From: Adineta vaga
Lineage: Eukaryota; Animalia; Rotifera
Direction of reading: 5' to 3'
NCBI GenBank assembly: GCA_021613535.1
Contig: CP075493.1
Span: forward strand, 11,780,001 to 11,844,000
Length of the DNA stretch: 64,000 nt
Positions 1-12,919 of this stretch are shown piece by piece. The notes beneath the pieces were generated by a model. That model searched no databases. It saw only the letters and a list, made by a program, of their open reading frames with translations, and had not been told where the DNA came from. The first letter of the stretch is position 1; every line of letters begins with the position of its first letter. The translations under genes were made by a program, and so were the position numbers.

Positions 1-584
1 AATTCCATCAATATTCTATTTTACTCATATAAATTCATCTATATTAAATAAATATCTTTGTGTTCTTAATAATGATATTTTTTATAAATATCGAACATAT
101 GGTTTTAATATTATATTAGCAGGTATTTTACCAATACTTACAACTGTTATATTTGGATTATTAGTTTATAGAAATGTTCAAAATATATCTTATCGAACGG
201 TTCCACTTGTTCGACGTCAATTAGATCAACAATTAACAAATATGATTCTTACACAAATTATTTATATATTAATTGCTATTCTTCCATATACAATTGTAAT
301 TATATTAATAACTAATATAAATTTATCAAATCAACCGTATTAACAGCTTCATTTCAATTCGCCGAATGTTTTGGTGCAATGATTTATTATTCATATTTTT
401 CTGTAAGTTTTATTTGTTTTTATAAATGATTTTTGTTATTTTATAAATATAGGCACCATTTTATATTTATATTTGCGTATCAAAACGATTTCGTCAACAA
501 TTACTTCATGTACTCAGACGTCTATTTGGAAATTCTTGTTTCAAACTAAAACTAATCAATAATCAAGTTAAACAAGAAATTTAA
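1..584 (+). CDS. 3' part of an orphan rhodopsin-class (class A) GPCR, bdelloid-type; 5'-truncated by the window
   Basis: Manual translation gives ...ILAGILPILTTVIFGLLVYRNVQ...VRRQLDQQLTNMILTQ..., a frameshift near 335, a GT-AG intron at 403-452, then APFYIYICVSKRFRQQL (TM7/helix 8) and TAA at 582-584. Confidence 0.8.
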
Positions 585-870
585 ATCACTAAAATATAAA
601 GCAATTCTTTATCAATGTTGTCTCCTATATTTTGTCACCCTCACCCATCACAATTTTTCAAGACAAGCAAAATTGTTGTGTGACTACAATCATGTGTAGT
701 ATATATACGTACATTTTATATACAAAGCATACTGTCGTTATCGTTATATTATAGAACGAAAAACAAAACAATGATTCATAGATGTTGACGACTTTATAAG
801 TTGTCAAATAAGAATTGTGATGCAATTGATAAAAAAATTGAGTAAGAATTTATTTTCGTATAAACTTTAG

Positions 871-1992
871 ATGAAAATCTGTATAATGTTAGAAATAAAA
901 ACTGATGTATTAGAAATGAATAGTCCAGTCTTTATTCAATGGCAACAATGGGAAAGTCGAGTAGAAAAATGGTTAAACCAGTCCGACGATGATTTAGATT
1001 TGTTGAATACAACCTCTTCCGATCGAATCATTTTAACTATTTTAACCGTCAAATATCAGGTTGTGTATAGAAATTTATATCAAGAAAGTACTTCTCATAC
1101 GACAAAGAAGTCTGATGAACGTATATTCAATGTTAGACTTTCGAAAAATAGACAAGTACATGCGGAAAAGAAACGAGAACGTGATCAAGACAAATTGATA
1201 TTATTCAATCAGATCACAAGTCGTCTTTTAAGTTCAGAACATATGAGTGCTGAAACTTCATCAGAATGGAAAGAATTTAATCAATTATGTGACTGGCATG
1301 GTATCATATTTATGCAACGATTTAGAAATTGTTTACATCAATTCATAAGCAAATTGATAAGTATGACATCAGCATATCAAGAATTTATCGAAAAACCGAT
1401 TATGGTTTCACCCGTATCTGAAATTATCAATCAAGTTTATGAAACCAACAAAGACGATGAAATTTTTCTCAGTATTGATATCAAATCTGCGAACTTTTCT
1501 ATGCTGCAATATATCAATGTTATCGATGTTCATATGTATCCAACTTGGTCGGATTTTCTATCAGTTTTCGTTGGATCAAGACCTTTACTTATTCATAGCA
1601 AAAGATTTCGTATGGATTGTCTTGGTGACTTACCTGAACGTCGCAAACTCGATGCATTGTGGATATATTATATGGCTACTATGTATCAAATGGTTTTGTG
1701 TCGTTGTTTAACTGAAAAAAATATCGATATACGATGTGAAGCTTTAACTGGAGACGAGGTAGTATTTCATTTAGATAAAACAATCGATAGAGAAAAACTA
1801 CTTGATTTGGTTAAATATATAGAAGTTTGTCTTAACAAAGAAAGTCCTATCGTTAAATTTGTTGTTCAAGCATATCGTATTCGTGTGTTTCATTGGAAAG
1901 ACGAACATCTATGTTTTGCGCGAATATTTATTGATGAAAGTAAAGACAAGAAAACGAATGACGTCTTTACAATAAAACTTACGCACATGTAA
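871..1992 (+). CDS. Uncharacterised protein with polymerase-palm-like motifs (phage/giant-virus-like family)
   Basis: 373-aa intronless ORF with FLSIDIKSANF (motif A-like Asp), TWSDFL, SKRFRMDCLG and LTGDEVVF (motif C-like acidic pair). Confidence 0.55.
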   Translation: MKICIMLEIKTDVLEMNSPVFIQWQQWESRVEKWLNQSDDDLDLLNTTSSDRIILTILTVKYQVVYRNLYQESTSHTTKKSDERIFNVRLSKNRQVHAEKKRERDQDKLILFNQITSRLLSSEHMSAETSSEWKEFNQLCDWHGIIFMQRFRNCLHQFISKLISMTSAYQEFIEKPIMVSPVSEIINQVYETNKDDEIFLSIDIKSANFSMLQYINVIDVHMYPTWSDFLSVFVGSRPLLIHSKRFRMDCLGDLPERRKLDALWIYYMATMYQMVLCRCLTEKNIDIRCEALTGDEVVFHLDKTIDREKLLDLVKYIEVCLNKESPIVKFVVQAYRIRVFHWKDEHLCFARIFIDESKDKKTNDVFTIKLTHM

Positions 1993-3125
1993 AAGAAAAA
2001 AGATTCGTTATGTTTTCAAATAACATTGTAAAATATTGCAAGAATTCTTTTTGTTATTACTGCTCTGATCATAGTTATTCTACATGAAATAAATTCAATA
2101 CGTCAGTCGACAAATTGATCTGTACCAAATACGAATTGGGAAGTTCTCATACATTTGGTTTTTCTAGTCGAAAAAGGTCAGTCTATCCTATACTATCCTT
2201 CGAATGTAACTATTAATAGAAATCAATCCTATTCTATTTGTAAACGGGTACCTCATGAATATACATGTACATTAAATCTCAATATATATTAACACCACTC
2301 ATTCCTTTGCCATCAACTTCTCGACTAAAAAACGCTATAATTCAAGCTCAAAAAACTTGTTTATAAACTGAATACAACATCATCATCAAGTTTTCACTTT
2401 AAACAAATACTGAACAAGTTTTGTTCGAAAATTAGAAAAAGAAATTCGTTAACAAACTTCAAAGAAAATTACTACCTCAATTGATACTGTTCGTATTTGT
2501 TGTTTTCAAATCATAATTGGTTACAATATCATATTTAATTATGCTCAAGATTGTAATCATAATAATCCTTGTGTTGTTTGACGTGAATTAAACTATATTT
2601 AATAAAGTTGAAGCTGTAGGAAATATAGATTGAGGGTTACTATTTTCAAAATTCTACTCCGAGATTTTAATTTCTATTTAAAGATATTGAAAAGTAATGA
2701 AAAGCAGATACTTTTGATTGTGTAGTTTTATTGACCTAAGAATCAAAAGAAGAAAAGAAAGCTTACTGTTAATGTATATTGTCATGTTTCAGACAAGATG
2801 AATACGTCTAGAAATTCATGTTGAAGTAATTATTGACACATATATTTAATCAGAAGAAAAAGAGAAACAAGTTGTTTTAAAGTTTTTCACACTCTTTGTC
2901 TCATAGTGCCGTGAACGAACCACTTCCGCAGTAATATGCAGATTTCGTCTAAACAAAATTGTATACACTTCGGAAAATAACATCTCAAATAATAAATAAA
3001 CTTGAAAAATCCATCAAAATTTCCACAATTATCACCTACGATACTATGAGACACAAGGAAATCACGAACAAAATAAAATTTCTGAATTTTCATAGAAATT
3101 ACTACGTTCTGTAATCTAATTTTCG

Positions 3126-5239
3126 TTATATTTTAATGTAATACGTTAGAATGTCAAAATGATGTGATGCAATCTTTACAAAAAGAGGAAAATCATTTAG
3201 AGTAGTAGGAATATTATAGTATTGGCCACCTGGATAGATTTCTTTGGTATAATAATGTTGCCAGATGAAATTTTGTTCATTGAATTTTGGTAAGTAAACT
3301 GAACGTGATGTAGCTAGATATGTATAAACAGGAGCCACTAAATAATCTGTTCCAAACATATATTGATCTTCTGATTTATAAGTTTCACTATCATAATTAA
3401 AATCATAAAACATTGGACGTAGAATCGGTGTTCCATTTCGACTTGAAATATTCAAATGATATTCAATATAATCACGTAAAGATTCACGTAATTGAATTAT
3501 ATGTACAATTTGTGTGCTATATTTAAATAACCATACTTCATTATGACCACCAGAAAAACCGCATTCATTGTCTGGTAAAGGTGGATAGCGTTCACCATGT
3601 AAACGAAATAAAGGACAAAATGCTCCAAATTGAAACCATCGTACTAGTAATTCTTGAAATTCATCATCCAATAAATCAGCATGACGATAACCACCAATGT
3701 CTGTTGTCCACCAATAAATACCTGATAGAGCAACATTTTGTGCTACTTTTATTTGTTTTAACAATTCTTCCCACGATGAATCAATATCACCTGACCAGAC
3801 AGCTGCATTCAATCGATGACTTCCTATCCATGCTTGTCGACTGAGTGTAATGATGTCGTCTTCTTGTTCTTGTCTTATTCCATCCCAGATTGTTCGTTGA
3901 TGTTCTCTTGCCCATACCATTGCAATTTCATCATCATGCCGTCCATACCACCATTGTAAGCCAGGTCGACTTCTTTCCGGTTCATCTGCATCTAACCAAT
4001 AGATTTTAATACCATAATTAAAATAATTCGTCTTAATTTTATCCCAGATGAATTGTCGTGTTGCTGGATTGAATTGATCCGGAATATAAAGATTACCATC
4101 ATTTGTTGGTAGAGCACGTCCATTAGCACTATGAGTCAATAAACCTGTCATTTCCATAAACACAAAATTCTCAGACTTTTCATCGACATGAGGCCATATA
4201 GATACCATTACATTCATATTGTAGGCTTTTAATTGATTCATCATTTGTGGTATATTTGGCCAACATGTATTTTTAAATTTCCAATTGCCAATTTTCGTCC
4301 AATGAAACCAGTCGACACAATAACACTGACAGGAATTTGACGATCATAATAACCTTTGGCAACTTCTAATAGTTCTTGTTGAGTACGATAACGGTTTTTT
4401 GATTGCCAAAAACCTGAAGCAAATTGTGGTAATGGATTCGGATGACCAATAACATCCACATAATTTTTCATCAGAATAGGATAGAATAATGAAGAAATTG
4501 TTTCTTCTGCAGGTATAGTCGTTATCCATAAATCAAGTTGATGGGTAGCATTTGCTGTCCACATGATTTTTGTATCAGCTTGAACATCAAATGAACCGTA
4601 GCCTGGTTGATTCCAAAGAAATCCAAAACCTGACGTATGTATATACCATGGAATTGATATATCACCATTTGTTGGTGCAGTTGATGAAAAAACAAATGGT
4701 AAATGAAAATTATGATATGGTAATGTTAAATTATGACCATAATGATGTTGACCTAGGCCATATAGATATCCATTTTGAATATGAAGATAAATCAAAGATA
4801 ATTGATAAAGAGTGTAAATAGGTGAATAGATCGATGTAGGATATTTGTATGGTAAAAATGTAGTTGATTGTGTTTGCATAAGAATGAGTCCATCAGATTG
4901 ACGTTGAATTGCCCATGTTGTATTATCATCATTGATATAAAATTTTATATTACCATTGATAAATGTATTTTTATCTGATTGTTGACAGGCTTCTGTATTA
5001 ATGATTGGTTGCTCTGGAAGTAATGCTTGATAATCTGGTGTTTGTATAATTATGTCTGGACTAAGACGAATTCGAATACTATCAGGACCCCATGATTCTA
5101 CTTGTAATTGTTGTTGTAAACTATTTAAATAGATATTTTTAGTAAATATACAGGGTGATGTAGCATTAAATGAAATGAAATTTAGAAGAAGCAGTAAAAT
5201 GAACTGATAAGAATACTTGTAAGTAATCGATTTTAACAT
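3126..5239 (-). CDS. Secreted glycoside hydrolase family 31 (alpha-xylosidase/alpha-glucosidase-like), split by one frameshift near 4315
   Basis: Signal peptide; GFWQSKNRY; the frameshift restores VIVxDWFHW; catalytic WLDADEPE; WSGDI; WTTDIGG; RWFQFGAFCPLFRLHG; QYMFGTDYLVAP. Intronless. Confidence 0.92.
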
Positions 5240-6671
5240 TATGAATTGATTAAACTAAAATAAAAATAAAAATAAAAAAGAAAGTTTTACTTATTAGCTA
5301 TATAAAATGGAAGTCGTTTGTTTTGTGACTGAACGTTCAGAATTGTTCAATTTTTTATTACTAATTTAAGCTTTCTTTGTTTCAAATTTATTACTTATTC
5401 ACATACGTATATCAACTATGCTTCTTTTCGACGCATCGGTCAAACAACGGACAAAGAGAACGAAAGAAGAAAATGTAAGATAAATGTGTTTATATCATTA
5501 CTGATGCTATCTGAATTCATTGAACATATATTAGACATGAATAAATAAAAACAAACATATCTCCCTATAAGTATTACCAAATATAGTTCTTACTGCATGA
5601 CGATATGAATAGAGATCCTATTTTTCAAAACAACACTGTATCGATTAACTTACGATGTCTGTAATGTATTTCATGTCTCATCAGAAATTATACTTACTTA
5701 TTTGGATTGATCAATGTGAAGTCAAGAGCAGAACGACGCCATTGATAGTAAGATTGACTAATAGATAAGTTTTATCAATGCAATACTGTTTGTTGTTGTT
5801 GTTCATAAGTTAGAAGTCCATCATGAATATAATTCAATTTGATATTCAGATTGACCAAAAATGATCTGTTGAGTATCTTGTATTATTTTGAATAGTATTG
5901 ATAAACAATTCTCATATCTTGTACGAATAAGATATGACCAACTGTATATTATGAAATTTTTTGTAAAAACAATCAACAAATTGCAGATAGATTTTGAAGA
6001 TCTTTTGGTCATCTTTTTTCCAATGAACATTGCTGATGTTAACACGATAGTCATAGCATTTTTTTGTAAGCAATTGATATATTCACTATTGAGAATTTTT
6101 CTATTTTCTCTTCGGTACAAAATAGATCCGTCAAGAGTTACATTCATATATAAAGATGGTTTTTTTGTGCATTTAAACCATTTATCTATCTAGACGTGTA
6201 ATAACAATGATATGCAATATGAATATAAGACCAATACAATATACCATCATAAGGTAAACTCGGAAATCATGATACAGTCTTTTGAATATTCAAAGTAATA
6301 AATGTATAATTTGTAAGTTTTACGATCGAAAAAAATGATCGATATACTCCTTAAAAGAAATTTGTAGTTTGAGTGCAAAGATAGCACACTGTCAAGCTGG
6401 TGCTTCCTTTTCTTTCAAAACAAGAACGTGCACGAGTTGAATGCATGGATCGATGAGAAAATGCATTATTATTTAATGAGATCAACAACAAAAGGAAAAA
6501 AGAAATGAGAAAGCTTTGTATAATGCATATGCTATTCACATTAACACCATTTGCTACTTTTTTTTAAAATGATGATTAAAATGATTTATTTAAATGTCCT
6601 CGAAGTCAATATAAACGATTGTTTCAGTACAAAATACTATTACTTTCCATTTTCTTCTGATCAACCATACC

Positions 6672-9600
6672 ATGTCAGCCATTACTCTCGTCTTCTTAAC
6701 AATCTTCTTAATTGGTGGTGAAATTGGTGGATATGCTAGTGTAACAGGTAAGATTTATTGATGAACAAAAATATTCTTTTTTTGTTTCTCTCTAATACAT
6801 GAAAAAGGATCATTTTATTAATCTTATTATACTTACCATACACATATATTTATTTTTTAGCAACGGAACCAACATGTTCCAACTTTGGAGCATTGAAATA
6901 TTTAAATCAATATAATTTAATCACACTTGGAGATCTATCAACAAGTTCCGATGTTGAATATAAAACGCTTGTATGTGGTGCATTAAAAAGTAGTTCATCA
7001 GCCAATTTTGCCATTCATCTCGGCCAATCCGAAACAAGTCCATCAACTTCAGTACTTGAAATTGCTGAATCAATTACAGATGGAAACGCCCTGAATGTAC
7101 AAGTTGGAAGTGTAGCCGTTGGTAAATCTACAGACAAGATTGTTAAACAAGGAAATGTTCCTTACAAAGTAAACAATCGACAATTTAATATCAATGGTGG
7201 AAATCAAGGTGGACAAGTTGTGTGCGATTCACAATTGGCAGCTAAATGTGCACGTGTGAGTGAAGATTTGAAAGCTCTTTCATTAACTCTTTCAAAACGA
7301 ACACCAAATAATAATATCGTCTTTCCAACTAATCAACCTGGTCCACTCAATATTAATATAGGAACCAAAGATTCAGATGGATTTGCTTTTCTTACAGTTG
7401 CCGATGGCAATTCATTCTTTCATAACCAAAAAGTTCAACAAATTGAAATAAAAAATAATGTTCAAGCATCTTGGATTATCATCAATCTTGGTGGTAAAAC
7501 AATTTCATTTGATCAAGGAAATATTGTCGGAAGTTTGACACAATTAGATCCACGCTCACGTATTTTGTTTAACTTTTATGAAGCAGAACGCATCTCAATG
7601 CAACGAAATTTCATGGGTGCAATGTTAGCACCATTGGCTGCAGTTGATACTAATTCAAATATTGATGGTGCAACTGCTGTTCGATCATTGACAACGAATG
7701 CTGAATTGCACAAACCATTGTATGTTTTTCCATCATGCGCTAACGTCCAATCACCACCACCAACAACAACCACCACTACACCAAAGCCAACAACAACTAC
7801 CACCACTACTCCAAAACCAACAACTACAACAACAACCACCACTACACCAAAGCCAACAACAACAACCACTACTACTCCAAAACCAACAACAACAACCACT
7901 ACTACTGCAAAGCCAACAACAACCACTACTACTCCAAAACCAACAACAACAACCACCACTACTCCAAAACCAACAACCACAACAACAACCACCACTACAC
8001 CAAAACCAACAACAACAACCACCACTACACCAAAACCAACAACAACAACAACAACCACAAAACCAACAACAACTACCACCACTACTCCAAAACCAACAAC
8101 CACCACTACACCGAAACCAACAACAACTACCACCACTACTCCAAAATCAACAACCACCACTACACCGAAACCAACAACAACTACCACCACTACTCCAAAA
8201 CCAACAACCACAACAACAACCACCACTACACCAAAGCCAACAACAACAACAACAACCACTACTACTGCAAAGCCAACAACAACAACCACACCCACACCAA
8301 CAACAACAACAACAACAACTACAACCACTACTGAAGCTCCAACAACTACCGTTGAAGTACCCACTACTACTGAGCCAACAACTACTACTGAAGTACCCAC
8401 TACTACAGAACCAACAACTACAACCACTACTGAAGCTCCAACAACTACCGTTGAAGTACCCACTACTACTGAGCCAACAACTACCGTTGAAGTACCCACT
8501 ACTACAGAACCAACAACTACTATTGAAGTGCCCACTACTACTGAGCCAACAACTACCGTTAAAGTGCCCACTACTACAGAACCAACAACTACTATTGAAG
8601 TACCCACTACTACAGAACCAACAACTACTATTGAAGTGCCCACTACTACTGAGCCAACAACTACTATTGAAGTACCCACTACTACTGAGCCAACAACTAC
8701 TTGAAGTACCTAGTACTACAGAACCAACAACTACCACTCAAGCACCCACTACTACAGAACCAACAACTACCACTCAAGCACCCACTACTACAGAACCAAC
8801 AACTACCACTCAAGCACCCACTACTACAGAACCAACAACTACCACTCAAGCACCCACTACTACTGAACCAACAATCACCACTGCAGTTCCAACAATATCA
8901 ACAACAGTTACTACTAGTACTACTGAAGTACCAATTACAGTTACTGTAGCATCAACTACAGCAACAACAACCACTGAAAAAACAACGACAAAGACAACAG
9001 AACCAACTACAGTACAACTGCTAAGAGAAGTAAGATAGTAAAATATTGTAATGTTTGAATACATATGTTGAAATTAAACTGTTACCGTATGCAATTCTGG
9101 TGGTAAATGTGTTTTTGAAAAAGATTAAGGGAACAGATGTGATCAAAAACTTGTATAATAGACTATTTATAGACGAAATTCTATCATAACCCTCTTAAAT
9201 GACAAACTATTTTCGATAGTTTAATTTGATCAAATAGGACGAAATATCACTCCAGAAGTGGAACACTATTAATGATTATACTTTAAGAGTATCGTCCAAA
9301 GAATTATAGGACATCAAACATTTGAATTTACGTTTGATTGAGAATAGTCTGAATTTTCAATTATTTTTATTAGCTACCAAACGTGAAATAACTGAGAAAT
9401 CGTCAACCACACAAAGAACTCAATCACCTTCGACCGAACCACAAAATAACGGTACATCAACTACGACGAAAACATCAAGCACGCGTACGAATACACCTAC
9501 GGCTGTCACAACGAAGCTCACAACAGGTGAATATAATAAAAATGAACTGTTTGATGAATGAATCTGCTCATCATTTATGGAAAATAGTCTTACATGAAAT

Positions 9601-10281
9601 GTGACACTTTTGAAATCATTCTTTTCTTTCATTTCTTTTTAGCTAAACCTAAACCAACTAACAAAGGTTCATGTTCTCAATCTGATGAAAGTGATGATGA
9701 TAGTAGTGATGAAAATCACGATCGTTCATCGCCGAAACGTCAACGTTCAAAAGGTTGCAGTCGTCGTGTTCGTATCACTCGAGTAAGTATCAGAAACAAA
9801 ACGAAATCTAATTTATGATTGATTCTTGGAAAATTACCTAACTACTTATTTATTTGTTCAGATACTTTCGAGCACATCAGGTCGAGGTACCAGTGATCGT
9901 CGATGTGCTAAATGTGCTCTACGTTACATTAGTTTTACTGTCGTTCTCGAAGGAATTACACTTGATCAAATAACAAATCAATGTAATAAACGATATATGG
10001 AACATTTCAAACAAAGTGTCTCAAATCAAATTCGTAAATATCAATCAAATGGATTCAAATCAATGAGAATTACAAGTTTAAGCACAGATAAACCTAACAG
10101 CTTGATTGTAGAACTTCTATTCACTGTTACACCAAAATACAATCAACAAATTACTGTTGCTATACAACGTGCTCTCACTTCATTTCAAGTAATTAACTTT
10201 CTCGATAAAATCAATTCTATTTTGTCAATTTCTCTTTGTTTTCTTTTTTAGTTTGACCGTTTAGTTGACGACAAAGAATGA
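6672..10281 (+). CDS. Secreted mucin-like protein: choice-of-anchor A / ice-binding-like adhesive domain + Thr-rich stalk + C-terminal SEA-like domain
   Basis: Signal exon MSAITLVFLTIFLIGG at 6672 and intron 6748-6860. The domain has YNLITLGDL..SDVE, IIINLGG, ILFNFYEA, GAMLAPLA and NIDG..AELH. PKPTTT/EVPTTTEP repeats follow, with a frameshift near 8700, further introns near 9030, 9527, 9784 and 10188, and a last exon ending TGA at 10281. Confidence 0.8.
7760..8880 (+). repeat. Coding tandem repeats encoding the mucin stalk (PKPT5-9 units, then 33-nt EVPTTTEPTTT and QAPTTTEPTTT units)
   Basis: ACA/ACT/ACC-rich repeats directly visible, arranged as three successive repeat classes. Confidence 0.95.
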
Positions 10282-10776
10282 GAATATTGACAATCAATAA
10301 ACTTTGATGATCACATTATAATCTTTCTTCTTTGTTTTCTGCAATGAAAACAAAAGAATATTTTAAAATTATTCAATAAAGGGATTCCAAATTTCATAAT
10401 GGAATTACAGAAATGATCATATACATGTAATAATGATGAAAAAGTAAATGTACAAGTATCAAAAGATATCCGAACGAGAAAAATTCATTGATATCAGTAG
10501 TACTTTTCTGAGGGATTGGTGTGGATGTGAGCAGGATTATGATAAGAAAAGAAAACTTTCGCCCATTCTCCACACCATTTTACCTTATTATCTGAATCAT
10601 GAAGATGATTCATTTTGTTATGAAAATGTGTGCATATTTGCGTTAGAAAAACATAGAAACCTTAACCTTTTTCTATTCGTTTACTCGTTCTTTATTTTTG
10701 TTTGTTGGTCTTGGTGAATTCCAACATAGACAATGGCGTATATAAAAGTTGACGAATTTATTTTTTATTTACATCA

Positions 10777-12530
10777 ATGTATGACAACTCGTGTGCTTCA
10801 CTTCACACATTACCAGTCGAAATTCTTCATTGTATTTTCGATTATCTCGATATTCTAGCAATACTTTTATCGCTTCATAAAACTTGTCGACGATTAAGAG
10901 CAGTTGTTAATAACTATGATCGATATATCATTGATTTCAATCAAATAACATCATCCAATCTTCGACATATTTGTTATTCGATTAAACCTAGTCGAATTCA
11001 ATTTCTAACATTATCTCATTCGGCCGAAAGATGTGATAGACTTACTTTATTTAATTCATTGTTTCGAGTGAAACAATTTACGCATGTTCAAACTTTGACA
11101 TTGATTGAAATTAAAGAAACTCAATTAAGAAATATTTTAAAACATGTTGATATTTCGTCGCTTACTTCCCTTACAATTGATGCTAAACAGGAATCAATAC
11201 TGGATATCATGCGAGTTCAACAGCGACATATCTTACATCAATATTAATACGATCGAAATTGCGTAAACTGGTCTTAAATATTCCATCTGATCGAATCGAT
11301 AACGTTGAATATTTTGGCAAATGTTTAATTGAATATTTAGAGATTGGTGAATGTAAACATTTCAATCAGATCAATAGAATTCTTTGCTGTATGCCTCGAT
11401 TAAGTACACTTATTATTGGAACTTGTTTGATGAAATATATTGATCAGACTAATGTAGTAACTTTCGAACATATAAAGATGCTTGGACTTAAAAATCTGGG
11501 TATGACAATTGATCATCTTGAATCGTTTCTTCGAGTAATGCCTTCGTTAACACGTTTACAATTGAATGGTAATGGAAATTTTTTGGATGGACATCGTTGG
11601 GAAAAGTTTATTGCAAAACATCTACCTCTGTTGAATAAATTTCAATTCTGTTTTAATGAAAATCGAGTGAAACAATGGGATTTTCCAGATATGCAATCGA
11701 TCATTGAATCATTTCGAACAATATTCTGGTTAAATACAAAAAGATGGTTTGTTACTTGTGAATACAATCTATACTCACCAAAATCAATTCAACTCTATTC
11801 AAACTCTCTAGATGAATCGTCTCTCAAAACAAAATTCAAATCAAAAACAATCTCTGTGACGACATTTAAGGCAACAAAAGCCTACAATGATTCATTTATA
11901 ACGATCGTTTATGACAGAATTTTCTTTAATTTTACTAAATTAACATTAAATGATCAGCAAGAAATTAGTAATTATTCTTTATTTCGCAAAATGAAAAGAC
12001 TTGGACTCAAATTCGGTGCTGATCGACCTACCATTGATTGGATTTCATTTATTTCTAAGTGTGTTGATCTAACAACTATTGCGCGTATCATAATGACGGA
12101 CTCCGTAATTTTTAATAATCATTCGGACATATTTGTCGATATAAAACGTTTCCTTCGACAGGTATGCAAAATTAATTCACTTGTTATACATGATTCATCA
12201 ACGAACAAAAGCTTCTCTATGACAGCGAATATTATCCGTTCAATAATACCTTGTCATGTTCGATATTTAACAGTACCAATGAAGAATTTAGATGAAATTA
12301 AAATACTACTTGAACGTCAAACAAATTTAACATGTATAAAATTCTTTATCAATCAAACACAATGTTTGAATGATTTTAATCAATGGTTGAATACAAAGAC
12401 AAATGATATGTCGTATGAAATAGAAAATGGTTCATTAACTGTATGGATTAAGAAGAATCACAAGATTGAATCAAGTGAAATAACAGTTTCTAACAAACGA
12501 ATGAAACTATCTGACGATCGTTATGACTAG
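10777..12530 (+). CDS. F-box + LRR-like protein (bdelloid-expanded family), frameshift near 11200
   Basis: LHTLPVEILHCIFDYLD F-box; LDGHRWEKFI..LPLLNKFQF and FWLNTKRWFVTC family motifs. Confidence 0.85.
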
Positions 12531-12919
12531 TTAGTACAAACTATAAATCATAATGAATTTACTCGAGAATATTTGGTCGTTGTAAAAATGTACGACATAC
12601 TGATTTCTTTATATGATTGTTTACCTAGTAATGATAAAACCTTCACTTGAATAGTTATTTTGAGTTTAAATCTACATGCTTAGTTTTTAATAGAAACGTT
12701 TCGTTCCAAGGACACAGCAGTTATTTTTCTTTGTTTTTTTTTGTCAAGAAAAGATGCGCAGGCGATGAAATATTTTTCATCCACCTGTTCTCATTCTCAG
12801 CATATTCAACATAGATAGTTTATCATCCGATTTTTTAATCAAATATAATCAGTTAAACTGATTTTTATCGATCGTAAGATTCGAGTAACGTAAATTCTAA
12901 CGAGATTTTCTTTAGAAAA

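Noticed and set aside
871-1992. Calling this ORF a retroelement reverse transcriptase
   Set aside because: It has DxKSA but lacks the QG and YxDD motifs, and no endonuclease, LTR or poly-A structure is present.
2040-2640. Possible decayed gene (fragments such as ICKRVPHEYTC and YAQDCNHNNPCVV)
   Set aside because: Too many stops and frameshifts to assign a frame or family.
5821-6539. Short ORFs upstream of the mucin gene
   Set aside because: No recognisable motif or splice structure; likely chance ORFs or remnants.
7576-8737. Long Val-rich, Gln-rich and Cys/Ser-rich ORFs in other frames and on the other strand
   Set aside because: These are stop-free shadows of the ACN-rich mucin repeat. 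Only the end of the 7698-9038 frame is real, as the continuation after the frameshift.
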